Of a stretch of 64,000 bases of DNA, positions 12,081 to 24,870 are shown piece after piece (position 1 is the stretch's first letter; each line of letters opens with the position of its first letter). The position numbers were made by a program, and so were the translations under genes. Source of the stretch: Mobula hypostoma (taxonomy: Eukaryota); the NCBI RefSeq assembly GCF_963921235.1, contig NC_086097.1, forward strand, positions 40,860,001-40,924,000, given 5' to 3'. The notes below the pieces were generated by a model that did not search any database, had not been told where the DNA came from, and saw only the letters and a program-made list of their open reading frames with translations.

Positions 12081-13640
12081 TAGAACATAGAACATAGAAT
12101 AGTACAGCACATTACAGGCCCTTCGGCCCACAATGTTGTGCCTACCCTCAAATCCTGCCTCCCATATAACCTCCCATCTTAAATTCCTCCATATACCTGT
12201 CTAGTAGTCTCTTAAATTTCACTAGTGTATCTGCCTCCACCACTGACCCAGGCAGTGCATTCCACACACCAACCACTCTCTGAGTAAAAAACCTTCCTCT
12301 AATATCCCCCTTGAACTTCCCACCCCTTACCTTAAAGCCATCTCCTCTTGTATTGAGCAGTGGTGCCCTGGGGAAGAGGCGCTGGCTATCCACTCTATCT
12401 ATTCCTCTTACTATCTTGTACACCTCTATCATGTCTCCTCTCATCCTCCTTCTCTCCAAAGAGTAAAGCCCTAACTCCCTTAATCTCTGATCATAATGCA
12501 TACTCTCTAAACCAGGCAGCATCCTGGTAAATCTCCTCTGTACCCTTTCCAGTGCTTCCACATCCTTCCTATAGTGAGGTGACCAGAACTGGACACAGTA
12601 CTCCAAGTGTGGCCTAACCAGAGTTTTATAGAGCTGCATCATTACATCGCGACTCTTAAACGCTATCTCTCGACTTATGAAAGCTAACACCCCATAAGCT
12701 TTCTTAACTACCCTATCTACCTGTGAGGCAACTTTCAGGGATCTGTGGACATGTACCCCGAGATCCCTCTGCTCCTCCACACTACCAAGTATCCTGCCTT
12801 TTACTTTGTACTCTGCCTTGGATTTTGTCCTTCCAAAGTGTACCACCTCACACTTCTCTGGGTTGAACTCCATCTGCGACTTCTCAGCCCACTTCTGCAT
12901 CCTATCAATGTCTCTCTGCAATCTTCGACAATCCTCTACACTATCTACAACGCTACCAACCTTTGTTCATCTGCAAACTTGCCAACCCACCCTTCTACCC
13001 CCACATCCAGGTCATTAATAAAAATCACGAAAAGTAGAGGGCCCAGAACAGATCCTTTGGGACACTACTAGTCACAATCCTCCAATCTGAATGTACTCCC
13101 TCCACCACGACCCTCTGCCTTCTGCAGGCAAGCCAATTCTGAATCCACCTGGCCAAACTTCCCTGGATCCCATGCCTTCTGACTTTCTGAACAAGCCTAC
13201 CATGTGAAACCTTGTCAAATGCCTTACTAAAATCCATATAGATCACATCCACTGCACTACCCTCATCTATATGCCTGGTCTATCAGGCTTGTTAGACACG
13301 ATCTGCCCTTCACAAAGCCATGCTGTCTGTCCCTGATCAGAACATGATTCTCTAAGTGCCCATAGATCCTATCTCTAAGAATCTTTTCCAACAGCTTTCC
13401 CACCACAGACGTAAGGCTCACTGGTCTATATTTACCCGGACTATCCCTACTACCTTTTATGAACAAGGGGACAACATTCACCTCCCTCCAATCCTCCAGT
13501 ACCATTCCCGTGGACAACGAGAACATAAAGATCCTAGCCAGAGGCTCAGCAATCTCTTCCCTCGCCTCGTTGAGCAGCCTGGGGAATATTCCATCAGTCC
13601 TTGGGGACTTATCCGTCCTAATGTATTTTAACAACTCCAG
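12081..13640 (-). mobile_element. CR1 LINE, 5'-truncated, relatively young (RT + C-terminus)
   Basis: ORFs 12148..12921, 13025..13252 and 13263..13634 with MDFSKAFDKV, LVRPHLEYCVQFWSP; tandem tail tagaacatagaacatagaa. Confidence 0.95.
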
Positions 13641-14137
13641 CTCATGGTCTTCTGTTGCTGTAGCCCATCCACTTCAAGGTATGACATGTTGCACATTCAG
13701 AGATGCTCTTTTCCACACCACTCTTGCAACGCATAGCTATTTGAGTTATTGTCACCTTCCTGACAGCTTGAACCAGTCTGGCCATTCTCCTCTGCTCTCT
13801 CATTAACAAGGCATGTTCACAACAGAACTGACGTTCACTGGATCTGTTTTATCTGCTTTTCACATGATTCTCTGTAAACTCTAAAGACTATTGTGCAGGA
13901 AAATTTCAGGAGATTAACAGCTTCTGAGATACTCAAACCAATCTGCTTGGCACCAACAATCATTCCATGATCAAAGGCACTTAGATCACATTTCTACCCC
14001 ATTCTATTGGTTAGTCTGAATAACAACTGAACCTCTTAACCTTGCCTGCATGCTTTTATGCATTGAGGTGCTGCCATGTGATTGGCTGATTAGATATTTG
14101 CATTAATGAGCAAGTGTACCTATTGAAGTGGCCACTA
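13641..14137. mobile_element. Tc1-derived non-autonomous element (partial), one TIR retained
   Basis: Ends in gtgtacctattgaagtggccact, resembling the TIR of fish Tc1-like MITEs (GTGTACCTAATAAAGTGGCCACTG); internal sequence typical of that family; recognised from memory. Confidence 0.65.
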
Positions 14138-14229
14138 TATTTTAAAAATCTTTCACTCATTTTCGAGGTATCAAAAACAAGAGGATATAGTGTAAAAGTG
14201 AGAGGTAGAAGACTTCACAAGGGCAATCA

Positions 14230-14360
14230 AAAGAAAATCTGCAGATTCTGGAAATCCAAGCAACACACACAAAATGCTGGAGGAACTCAGTAGGCCAGGC
14301 AGCATCTATGGAAAAGAGTAAACAGTCAATGTTTCCAGCTGAAACCCTTTGACAGGACAA
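14230..14360 (-). mobile_element. Penelope-associated short repeat with decayed hammerhead motif
   Basis: Reverse complement of the repeat at 51742-51915; motif reads gtcCTGTCAAagggtttcagctgGAAAcattgac. Confidence 0.7.
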
Positions 14361-14499
14361 GGTTTACCAAGGAGCAAGTTTATTTTTACCAAACCCGAGA
14401 CATGGAGGAATCAGCTACAGTCACTACATTTTAAAGGCAGTCAAACAGGCATAGACGGATCTAGTCCTTATGTGGGCTAATGGGTATTAGTGTTGGTTT

Positions 14500-15050
14500 G
14501 TTATTTCCACATGCGACAAGTTACAGTGAAAAGCTTGTCTTACATACTGTTCATACATATCAAATTATTATACACTGTATTGATATAGAACAAGTTCAAA
14601 CAATAGCAATAGAGAATAATGTGTAACAGCTACTGAGAGTGCAGTGCAAATAAAAACGAAGGTGAAAGGTCATAATGGGGTAGATTGTGAGGTCAAAAGT
14701 CCAACTTATTGTACTAGGGAGCTATTTAACAGTCATCTACCACTGTCCTTTCAGGCTTTCTTACCTTCTGCCCAAAGGAAGAGGGGGGAAGAGAGAATGT
14801 TTGGATTGGGAGGGTGTCTTTGATTATGCTGGCTACTTTACTGAGCCAGCAAGAAATATAGAGTCCAGAGAGGGGAGGCTGGTTTTTGTGGAGACCAGTG
14901 GTAGGATATTAGTGGTGAAGGTGCTGTGGCCTGTCCTTACTCATTGCAGTCAGGAAGTCAATTACCCAGTTGCAGAGGAATGCATTGACTCCCATGATCC
15001 AGAATTTGGTGTTGAGTTTGCTTGGAATTGTAGTATTGAAGCAATTACGA
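14500..15050 (-). mobile_element. Old non-LTR (Rex1/Babar-like) 3' fragment
   Basis: 3' UTR-like sequence and degenerate RT C-terminal sequence resembling the Rex/Babar copy at 33510-34274. Confidence 0.45.
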
Positions 15051-15164
15051 ATTATTAATTGAGTAAATGTAGATGGTTAAAAGGCTAATGCCATGGTGAG
15101 CTGGAGGGCCTATTTCAGTCCTGTACAATTCTGACTCTATATCTCTATATTTGTTCTTAAGGGA

Positions 15165-15412
15165 CTGAAATTCTTCCATTTAGTCAGTGGGTGGTAAATC
15201 TGTGGAACTTGTTGCCACGAGAGGCTGTGGAGGCCAAATCATTGGGTGCATTTAAGGCAGAAATAGATAGGTTCTTGATTAGCCAGGACATCAAAGGGTA
15301 TGGGGAGAAGGCAGGGGAGTGGGAATGACCGGAAGAATTGGATCAGCCCATGATTGAATGGCAGAGCAGACTCAATGGGCCAAATAGCCTACTTCTGCTC
15401 CTATATCTTATA
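15165..15412 (+). mobile_element. CR1 3' end fragment
   Basis: aatctgtggaac...ggtatggggagaaggcagg...ctcctatatcttat; same 3' end as 58020-58250. Confidence 0.88.
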
Positions 15413-15414
15413 TA

Positions 15415-15790
15415 ACCACATAACCTTATAACAATTACAACATAGAAACAGGCCATCTTGGCCCTTCTAGTCCGTGCCGAACTCTTACCCTATCCTAGTC
15501 CCACCAGCCTGCAATCAGCCCATAACCCTCCATTCCTTTCCTGTCCATATATCTATCCAATTTAACTTTAAACAACAACATCGAACCTGCCTCAACCACT
15601 TCTGCTGGAAGCTCATTCCACACAGCTACCACTCTCTGATGAGTAAAGAAGTTCCCCCTCATGTTACCCCTAAACTTTTGTCCTCTAATTCTCAACCCAT
15701 GTCCTCTTGATTGAATCTTCCCCACTCTCAGTAGAAAAAGTCTAACCACGTCGACTCTATCAATCCCCCTCATAATTTTAAACACCTCTC
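15415..15790 (-). mobile_element. CR1 3' end fragment inserted tail-to-tail into the preceding CR1 tail
   Basis: ORF 15495..15800 (VFKIMRGIDRV..RGHGL..WNELP); the host tail resumes as tcttatggtc at ~15789. Confidence 0.9.
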
Positions 15791-16056
15791 TTATGGTCAT
15801 ATTTATTTTTTACTTTGGGAGAAGTCACCTCTGTAATGCTGCCTTAAATCCTGAAGAACTTTTTAAAGTGCAGTTCTGGATGACAGACATCCCCATCAAT
15901 ATTTTGTTAATTCAGACATCGCCATGTGTAATCCTCTGGCAAGCCTCTTGTATTCCCATATGACACTGAGGACTGTGGTTTCCTTTTCTTCCTTAAAAGA
16001 AGTTTCTTTTTTCCGTCCAAGGACTGCAGCAGCTTTACCGGAGCATGAATAAATCA

Positions 16057-17589
16057 CAGACATCCTACCCTGCAAAAACTCATTTCAGGGAGGTAGCACC
16101 ACCACCCCTGCCCCCGCAACCCCATATACCCCCCCCCCCCCGCCAGCCCGGTCGACCTCCAAGGGTGTATGTATACAGGACATTGGATTATGAAAGAGCA
16201 CAACAATTTATTTGATCACATATTGAAACTAGTTACACACACATATTTTGTTGGCAGTCTCAATGCTAATAGCTAAGTGCTGATGCTAATAGCTTTTCTA
16301 TTTCTTTTGCAAACTTTCCTTGTTCTGTGATGTGGCTTGCTTGGCAGATTTGAGCATTTAGCCAGAAGTCTCAACCTCATAACAGTCTGCGTCAATGAAT
16401 TTGTTAGTTTTGCAAGACATCAGATTGACAAGTGTTTTGTAAGACAGCTGACTTCTGAATTCTGTCTTAATGTGACGCACCATGCTGAATGCCCTTTCCA
16501 TATCACAATGAGAATCTGGCAGCACCAAAAGCAGCTTCATCAACTGGCAGAGCTCTTTGAATCTTTAACTGCCCTGTGCTCACAGATTTACTTTGGACAG
16601 CTTCCCCCAGAACTCATCAACTGGCAAACTTTTGTAGTTTGGCACCAGTGCTTCAAGGTTACTTGAGACATAATCCAGGACTTCCAAGTGGAGCTGTTCT
16701 CTTACATCTGCCTTGATCACATTTGGAAATCTCTCTGCCAAAGTAAAAATCTACTTTGAAGTCACCTTATCTTGGCTCTCTGCATTGACGATTACAGATT
16801 TTTCAAGATTTGGTCTCTCATTGGGAACTTCTCCAAGATTTTTTGAAAGCATCTGACATAGAATGTTCTGGCATCTTTGAAGAACTGCTTTGTCTTGTAA
16901 GGGGGGATCTCTTGTGCTTCCTCGCTTATATTATATTTATTATATTATATTATATTATCATGTTTATTCTATTACAATATAAGCAAGTCTACAGGGAGTT
17001 TGGCCTCATCACGTAGGACATCAATAGAGTAGCTCCTTAGCAGCCAGCCAGCTAGTTTAAATAACGTTAGCTATGCTAATGAACGAATGACACCTGTCAA
17101 ACTCACCTCAACTTGTCTTTTACAGTCATTTAACCCACCATGGGCAATAGAAAAGTCACTGTTGCAAACAGTGCAGCGAGCAAAACTGTCATTATTTTTG
17201 ACCCCTATTAGGCAGGGACACTTTTGTGTAGTCTGGGGTGAAGTACGTTTTATAATTTCTTTTTTTGGAACACTCTGCCATGGCGCTGCAGGAGATTAAA
17301 CTGAACTGATGGACAATGAAAGGGAGAGAGGTCGACTGTAAAGCCTGCCCACAGAGAAAACTGATAGGTCTACTTAGCACAAGGAGAGAACAATCAGGAT
17401 GCTCTCTCTGTCGCTCTCTCTGTCACTCTCTCGCTATGTCTGTCACTTGCTCTCTCTGTCTCTCCCTCTCGCTCGCTCGCTCTCAAAAAAAATCAATTTC
17501 CGGGATATTGTATATAATTTGCGGGTGTCAGGGAGCCACTATCAATATGCGGGAGACTCCCAGAACTTCCGGGAGAGGTGGGATGTCTG
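16057..17589 (-). mobile_element. hAT DNA transposon, internally deleted (N-terminal BED-like exon + C-terminal dimerisation domain), 6-bp TSD
   Basis: TIRs CAGACATCCTACC / GGTGGGATGTCTG; AAATCA directly on both sides (16051-16056, 17590-17595); hATC motif LLLVLPDSHCDMERAFSMVRHIKTEFRSQL (16358..16543); N-terminus MAECSKKRNYKTYF...ARCTVCNSDFSIAHGG. Confidence 0.92.
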
Positions 17590-20572
17590 AAATCATATGT
17601 ATTAATCTAGGAACAAAGCAAGCTTCCATAAAACTAATGTAAAACCTTTGTAGAACCAGTCTTATTGTGTGTGACTAGTTGTCGCACTCTTTTGAGAAAA
17701 TCATTAGCTGCTAACAGGCCATCAGAATGTTCTAGGTATCAGATGGAGGCAGTGAATAGAAACCACTCACTTTTGGAAATAAGGTTTTGTTCATAAGGAA
17801 AATAAACAATATATACGAAAGTGTTACATGAGCAAGAACAATTCAAAATTCAAACATTCTGTTTAGGTGCCAAATCTTAGATATCAAACCACAAGATACA
17901 GTATTCTATTTAATTACAATCGGTGATATTCCTTTATTACTCTAATATCTTTAACTAATTAAATTTAGTGTTATTCCTTATTTAAAAGTTTACAGACTAA
18001 ACTTTCCTTTTTACTTATCCCTAGTTAGTTAGAAAACCAAATATAATTCATATTCTCAATTATTATAGTTAACTTCAGTTTCAGTTCCAGGCAGTATATA
18101 TACAAGTTTAAATTCAAATTCAAAAATTATATGCACAATTTAACTCCTTTCATGACAATTCTCCAACATCACAACTCTTAAGCAAAGTAAATCTCATTCG
18201 GTAACTTATCAAAGTCTTTGCAAATATAATCAGTTCTTACAGAAAATCAAATTCATATTCTTCGAATGAAAATAAACTTATACCTCCAACCATATTAAAT
18301 CCTCTGCATCATTACACATTTCGATCCTGCGCTGTTTCTTTATCGTGGGTGGCTTGCCATCTTGTTTCTTGGTCCATTGGAATGAAATAGTTTATCATCC
18401 ACAGTTAGTCAGTTCAGAAGCTTGTACAAAAACTTGACCAAATTCTTGGTGTGATTTTACAGAACTAATTCCCGACTACGTGATAGGGATTTTGGATACT
18501 TGTCCCTGCCGACATTGTCTCGTTATAGCTGCTGCGTGTTATAGCTGTAGCTTCAATAAATCTTTTATTGCTATTGTCTCTCCTCCAGGGAAGTTAGTAG
18601 GGTAAAGATACCCACTACTAATTCCACTGTTAACAGTTCATGTCTTCAGCTTCTAATTGTTGCTGCATTTCTCTCTTTGTCTGTCCTGTGTCCAGCCTGC
18701 CCCGCCCTCACATAGCTTTTTTTTTGCAAATTTGCTTTTTTAAAAAAATCGGTAAACCTCGTTTTCATCCCTCCACAAGTAGAACTTTCTAACATTACAT
18801 CTTCGGGTTTAATTAACCTGGGTTACACTGACACCCCTTTGTAAAGCTGATTCAAGAAAAATGGCTCATTGTGAAGATATACCCAATGTTCTTCAATTTC
18901 TACATGATTTCTGAGCCAGAAGCTTGGAATCATTATCTAGGAACTTCATTGCAAAAAAAAACATCAAGGGCTAAGGGGAAATGACAGCAATGTGAAGTTG
19001 AGTGCAAAATGAGATCAGCATTATCTTTTTGAATGACTAAGTTGCTCAAGAGGCCATGTGGTTGAGTCCTGCTCCTATTCCTATTCGGGTCCCATCAGAA
19101 CATCTCGATGTGGTGAGGCAGTGAAGAATGTAAGTTCAAAATTCAAAAAAATCTGGAAGTAACAATGAGAGGCAATCATGAATCTATTGATCATCGATGT
19201 TCTCTAAGGAAAGAAAGTAGACTTCTCTAGTTGGTCTGGCTCAAATATGCCCCTAGACTCCTGACAATAGAGTAGATGCTTAACTCTCTTTTGAAATGGC
19301 CAACAATACCATTCAGTTCAAGACCATTTGGGGGTGGACAACAAACTCTGGCTAGCTGGCAATGACCAACATTCATGAAAGGATTTCAGCTGCTTGAAGC
19401 CTCACTCATGTCTTTGTTGTGTCTGGACTTCTTACTGACCAGCAGTGGATTGGTATTACCATTTGCATTAATTTGATAGGGAAAACCTAATAGTATTGTA
19501 TTCGCTGCAGTCTCCTCCAGTCTGAAATGACTCATCCGGACTTAATCCAACTAGACTGAGTTCATCACTAGATTTGAAAGTTGATGCAATTAGGCATTTG
19601 GTGGAATGCCGTTTCAGTGAGCCCTGGTGACACTGGGAATGAAGCTCTGTATTGGCTGATGTTGGAGCTGCTGTTACTAGAGATATCATCCTGGGGAAAT
19701 ACTAAGGGCAGTGTCCTTGACCCAAAAATACTGTCGCTGTTACATATGGAGAAAGACTGCTTCATTCTTTGAGCAGTTTTATATGGAGTTTATGGTTGTG
19801 CAATTGGCAACAAACATTTTAGATTTTATCTTACAGAGGAGGGAAGGTTACTGATGAAGTGCCTGAATGTGACTTCATCCTGAGTGCTGATGTAGATAGT
19901 TCTCATCAACCACAGCAACACTTTTCTTTGTGAATCTAGAGGGTAAGTGGAGCTGTAATTGAAGTGTGTAACATTGTGATGCCTTTTGATTGGATAGATA
20001 CAGAGAGAATTTATTTTGCTCCATGGGATCAAAGGTAATAGATTTAAAATAATTGGTGATAAATTAGAGTGAAATGAGAAAATTATGTTGAACACGAGGG
20101 TTTGAAACTTGCTTCCTGTAGGTTATGCTCCACTTAAATGAGCACTTGAAGAGCCATAATCCCCAAGACCATGGACGAAGGGAATTGGTGGATATAACAT
20201 TTATATAAAGCTGGAATGGATATGAGGGGCCAGAAGCCTCATTCTGTGATCAATGTTCCTACATTCCTACCTCCCTTGATACCATGAATGTCTTTAATAG
20301 CAATTTGTATGCTTATTAGTTTGGTTATTACATACAAGTTGCAGTAAATGGCAACAGGCAACCAATACCTACAAAATAAAATATTAATCATACAGAAAAC
20401 ATAAAAGCAGCTGTGCTTAGATATTTGTTCTTATCCATATGATTACTATATGGTAGAGAATAATTGAGTGCAAGCACTTCATTCTTGGAGATTTTTTAAA
20501 AAAACGTTTGCAAATCCAGTTAAACTAGATAATTGGAGAGCTTGTTACAATTCTCCTGGAGCTAACTACCTA

Positions 20573-21909
20573 CAGACATCCCACCTCTCCCGGAAGATCC
20601 GGGAGTCTCTCGCATATCGATAGTGGCTCCCTGACGCACGGAAATTATATGCAATATCCCGGAAATAGATTTTTTTGAGAGGGAGAGGGAGAGCGAGCAT
20701 CCTGATTGGTCTCCCTTCGTGCTAAGAGTGGTCCCCAACCATCGGGCCGTGAGGAAACAATATGATTGGCGATATGAAACGATATGAGTCGTTTGCACCT
20801 TTCGTCATTCCCTGTCACGCCCACTGTTGAACTTGAACGCACGCGAGGTCATTACCTGCGCGTCATCCGCGTGAGTGCGGGAGGAAGATCAACTCCTCGA
20901 GCTTGTAAATGATGGCGGGCTGAAAAGTATGTTTGACATAACATCACTGCCGGCATTCCGGATCAAAGTCAAGGGTCAATATCCTGAGATAGTCACGAAA
21001 GCACTGAAAATGTTGCTTCCATTTCCAACATCATATCACTGCGAAGCGGAGTGATCTGCAATGAATGCAACGAAAACTAAATTGCGGAATAGACTGGACA
21101 TACGGCATCCCCTTCGAGTATCGCTGTCTCCCATCACCCCTCGATGGGACCGTCTTGTTGCAGGAAAACAAGCCCAGGGCTCCCACTGATTCAGCGATAT
21201 TGGTGTGTTGCAATGGTTTTATATGTTCATACGGGGAAAATATGCGCTGTGTGTTTAATATCCAAACGTTACTTAAAATATTATGATGCTATTGACTTAT
21301 CACCTATATTCCGGTCGTGATAAACACCCCCTCCCGGTCGGCCGGTCCGCAAGAATATTGTCAATATTAAACAGGTCTGCGGTGCAAAAAATGTTGGGGA
21401 CCCCTGCTAAGTCGACCTATCAGTTTTCTCTGTGGACGGGCTTTACAGTCGACCTCAAAAATAATGACAGTGTTGCTCGCTGCACTGTTTGCAACAGTGA
21501 CTTTTCTATTGCCCATAGTGGGTTAAAATGTAAACGACATGTTGAGGTGAGTTTAACAGGTGTTATTACAGTTTAGCTAACGTTATTTAAACTAGCTGGC
21601 TAGCTGCTAGGGAGCTACGCTATTGATGTCCTACGTGATGAGGCCAAACTCCCTGTAGACTTGCTTAAAGTTGTAATAGAATAAACATGATAATATAATA
21701 TAAGTACATATTTTAATGTCACATTTGCTGCATATACCCAATTTGGTTTACAGATTAGACAAAATCACTAAACAAAGTATTACATAGATCCTTGGAGGTC
21801 GATGGGCGAGGTGGAGGGGACATGGTGTTGCGGGGGGGGGGGGGGTGCTACCTCCCTGAAATGGTGGTGATACCTCCCTGAAATGAGTTTTTGCAGGGTG
21901 GGATGTCTG
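20573..21909 (+). mobile_element. Second copy of the same hAT family (shorter deletion derivative), inverted relative to 16057-17589
   Basis: Same TIRs (CAGACATCCCACC...GGTGGGATGTCTG) and subterminal sequences; ARCTVCNSDFSIAHSGLKCKRHVE followed by GTGAGT; flanks TACCTA / CATCTA. Confidence 0.92.
20727..21405 (+). mobile_element. Nested hAT-Charlie/Buster-type non-autonomous element
   Basis: TIRs AGTGGTCCCCAAC / GTTGGGGACCCCT; GCTAAG duplicated on both sides; internal translation LLELVNDGGLKSMF..YPEIVTKALKMLLPFPTSYHCEA..TKTKLRNRLDI typical of Charlie/ZBED5-like transposase C-termini. Confidence 0.88.
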
Positions 21910-23664
21910 CATCTAGTATTACATATTTTTTAATGCTGATTATTATTCTAGTGCTGATTGTTTAGTAACACTGCAGTATGATGATTTCCTGCAATCCAAG
22001 TAATTATTAATCTTGGCATCCCCAAAGCATTGTGAAATGGAGGTGTGTTTTTATGAATGTTAGATGAAGAAAGGCAAGGAACTCATGAAAATATACGATC
22101 TGACATTGGCTCCCCACAACAAGAGGTGCACAAACTAAAACCCAAACTTGCTTTATGTATCTTAGGAGTGGAGGAGTGGACACCATAATGAGATGAAGAC
22201 AAACAGTTTCACAGACAGATGAAGGATTTCATAAAACTTCATGGCTGGCATTCTAATAGATTTTTAACAGAGAGTTGGGGGTCAGTTGCAGGTCCTGTAA
22301 TATTTCTGGCATTGCCATTTAAGTCTGTTTTGAACATCCAAAGCTCTGGCAGTAGTTATGACAGATGACAAACTGACAGTAGTTCTCAGACATCTTAAAG
22401 TGGATCTTGTCTTAGAGGAGGATATCTGGATGAAAGCAATGCATTATAAAGGCTTCAGAATATGGTGATATTGAAAGAGAAGCCCAAAGACTTTTAAAAA
22501 TGAACAGTTGGGTTAATTATTTTAAAGTCTCACCATCAATTGTATTCCAGATATTTTTTCCTAGATTGCTTGCAGATTAAGTATGAAGAACAAGCAAAAT
22601 TTATTGAATAATGAAATATGAGAAGAGATCACTACCTCCATATACAGTATTAAAGCTGTTAAATCGATCTTGTCAGCAGTGAAAATACTGAACATTTTGT
22701 ACACCAGACATTTGATCCAGTTGGATCAGCCGCCGTCTTTGAGATAGCTTGTGGTATAGAGTAATATAATCAGCAAGTAGTACAATGCTAGCTCGGAGCC
22801 AATCAGTTTTTTAATGAGATTAGAAATGGCTTGTAAACAAATAAGGTTTCATGACAACTCACAGGATAGACACTGTGATGATAAATTGAACACCCAGTAG
22901 TTCGATCTACTTGTTTCCTATCAAGGAAATTGTTCTTGCTATTCATCAAGACATTCCATGAGGACCATCTCTCAGCAACTCGGAGAAGAAAAAGAATTAT
23001 AACAAAGAACATATATTATTTCATGAACATTAACATAAAACAAATAATTTAATTTGAGAAAAGATAAAGTAAAAGTTTAAAGCACTTAAAGAAGGATAAA
23101 TAAAACAAATAAAAGGATATATAAAAAATTATTTTCCCATCATTTGCCTTTCTTTTGAGTTATGGACAGGAAATGAAGAGACTACTTGTTGCCTATTGAA
23201 TGCAGTTGATACATCTGGGGCACTTAGAATGTTACAAAATATATTATTAAAAAATAAGATCAGAAAAAAAGAAACAGACTCCGCTACTGCATAATATCGT
23301 AGTTGATTACTTTTGGCGTCTGCTTCACTTATTTCCACGATATTTGAATCCTTGATTCTCCTATAAACCAAATATTAGTCTAAATTGACCTTTGGTATAT
23401 CCATGACTCAATATTTTTGTATCTCGAGGTTACAGGTTATGCTTCTTGATTTGAGATTCTCCCGTGAGGGAAACTATTCACACATCATCTAATTTTATCA
23501 AACAGCTTCAGAATTTTACATGTTTCAGTATGATCACCTCTTATTCCACTTAGCATCAATGAGTAAAGACCAACTGCTTATCCCTTCTTTCCAAGACTTG
23601 AGGAAGCAAATCAAAGCTGGTCTTCTTGGAGTGCACCTGGGATCTCTTGAAGGTCATCAAACAA

Positions 23665-23890
23665 AGATTAGATTAGATTATGAGGACACTCAGTCCTCGT
23701 TTATTGTCATTTAGAAATGCATGCATTAAAAAATGATACAACGTTCCTCCAGAATGATATCACAAGAAAACACAGGACAAACCAAGATTAAAACTGACAA
23801 AACCACATAATTATAACATAAAGTTACAACAGTCCAAAGCAATACCATAACTTGATAAAGAGCAGACCATGGGGACGGTAAAAAAAAATG
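23665..23890 (-). mobile_element. Short 3' UTR fragment of a non-LTR retrotransposon with (TCTAA)n tail
   Basis: gattagattagatta tail followed by tttattg (CAATAAA on the minus strand). Confidence 0.6.
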
Positions 23891-24265
23891 ACATTGGTCA
23901 TTTTTGACGTGATAAAAAGATGACATTGTTATAGAAATGCTTTTTTAAAGAGATGTTGAAGAGGAAAGAAATAACTTTCCTGTGACAAAACTCACTGACA
24001 TAGCCACTGTAAAATAGCTTCCTTCCCCGGACTGGTGAGTAGCCTTCTTGAACCTGGAAGCAGTTTCAAGATGGCAGCCTAATAGTTTTTATTCTCGAAT
24101 GGTCTAATTATAGCGTTGATTATGCTGCCTTCGAAATACTGAATCAGCTCGATGCTTTCTTTTTTAAAACAAAGAGTTAACATAAGTATCAAATTGACCA
24201 AAGTGATTTTCCACTTTTACCTTTTCAGGTATATACTATGTAAACCCAAACTGATGGTTTGGTAT

Positions 24266-24870
24266 TGTTACAAACCCAGAGGTTTCGTTTACTGTGGACT
24301 GTTATTTTAAGAATGTCTAAATGACAGACAGACCGACCGACCCCCAGTGGTTTCAGGAGTGGATTTTGTTTGGGATATCCTGTGGAGACCACTTATGTGT
24401 TAACCCTTGCCTGGGTATGTTGTGCAGTAATCCCTTGAAGACGATATCCTTCTGACAGTTCACTTTCGGTGGTAACTCGTATGTGGATTTGGAACAACAC
24501 GACGGACAAGATCTATGGAGACTATTATCTCATTTTACCATAGTGGAATCTGTGAAGTACTTCGTAATTACCTATTCTCTACATTTCACCCTGGATTACA
24601 AATATCTCTCTCCTATCATACATTCCGTGGATGAGCTGAACTTTCCTACTTTACCATCTCAAGACTCTGAGCTTTGTTTTCCCCAAGCGTAACCTAGTTT
24701 GGGAACTATATTACACACATATATACACATAACACTGTTAACATTTGTTTATCTTGGTTAAGTTACGATATAAGTAGATACTAATAAAGGTAGTGGTTTT
24801 AACATTAAAACCTAACTCACTGTGAAATCTCTTGTTGCTGGTTTATTTCTGAAGGTTACAGTACGTAAAA
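24266..24870 (+). mobile_element. Solo LTR (Gypsy-like), 605 bp, 4-bp TSD
   Basis: Starts TGTTAC, ends GTAAAA (GTAACA with one change); GTAT at 24262-24265 and 24871-24874; AATAAA at 24783-24788. Confidence 0.8.
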
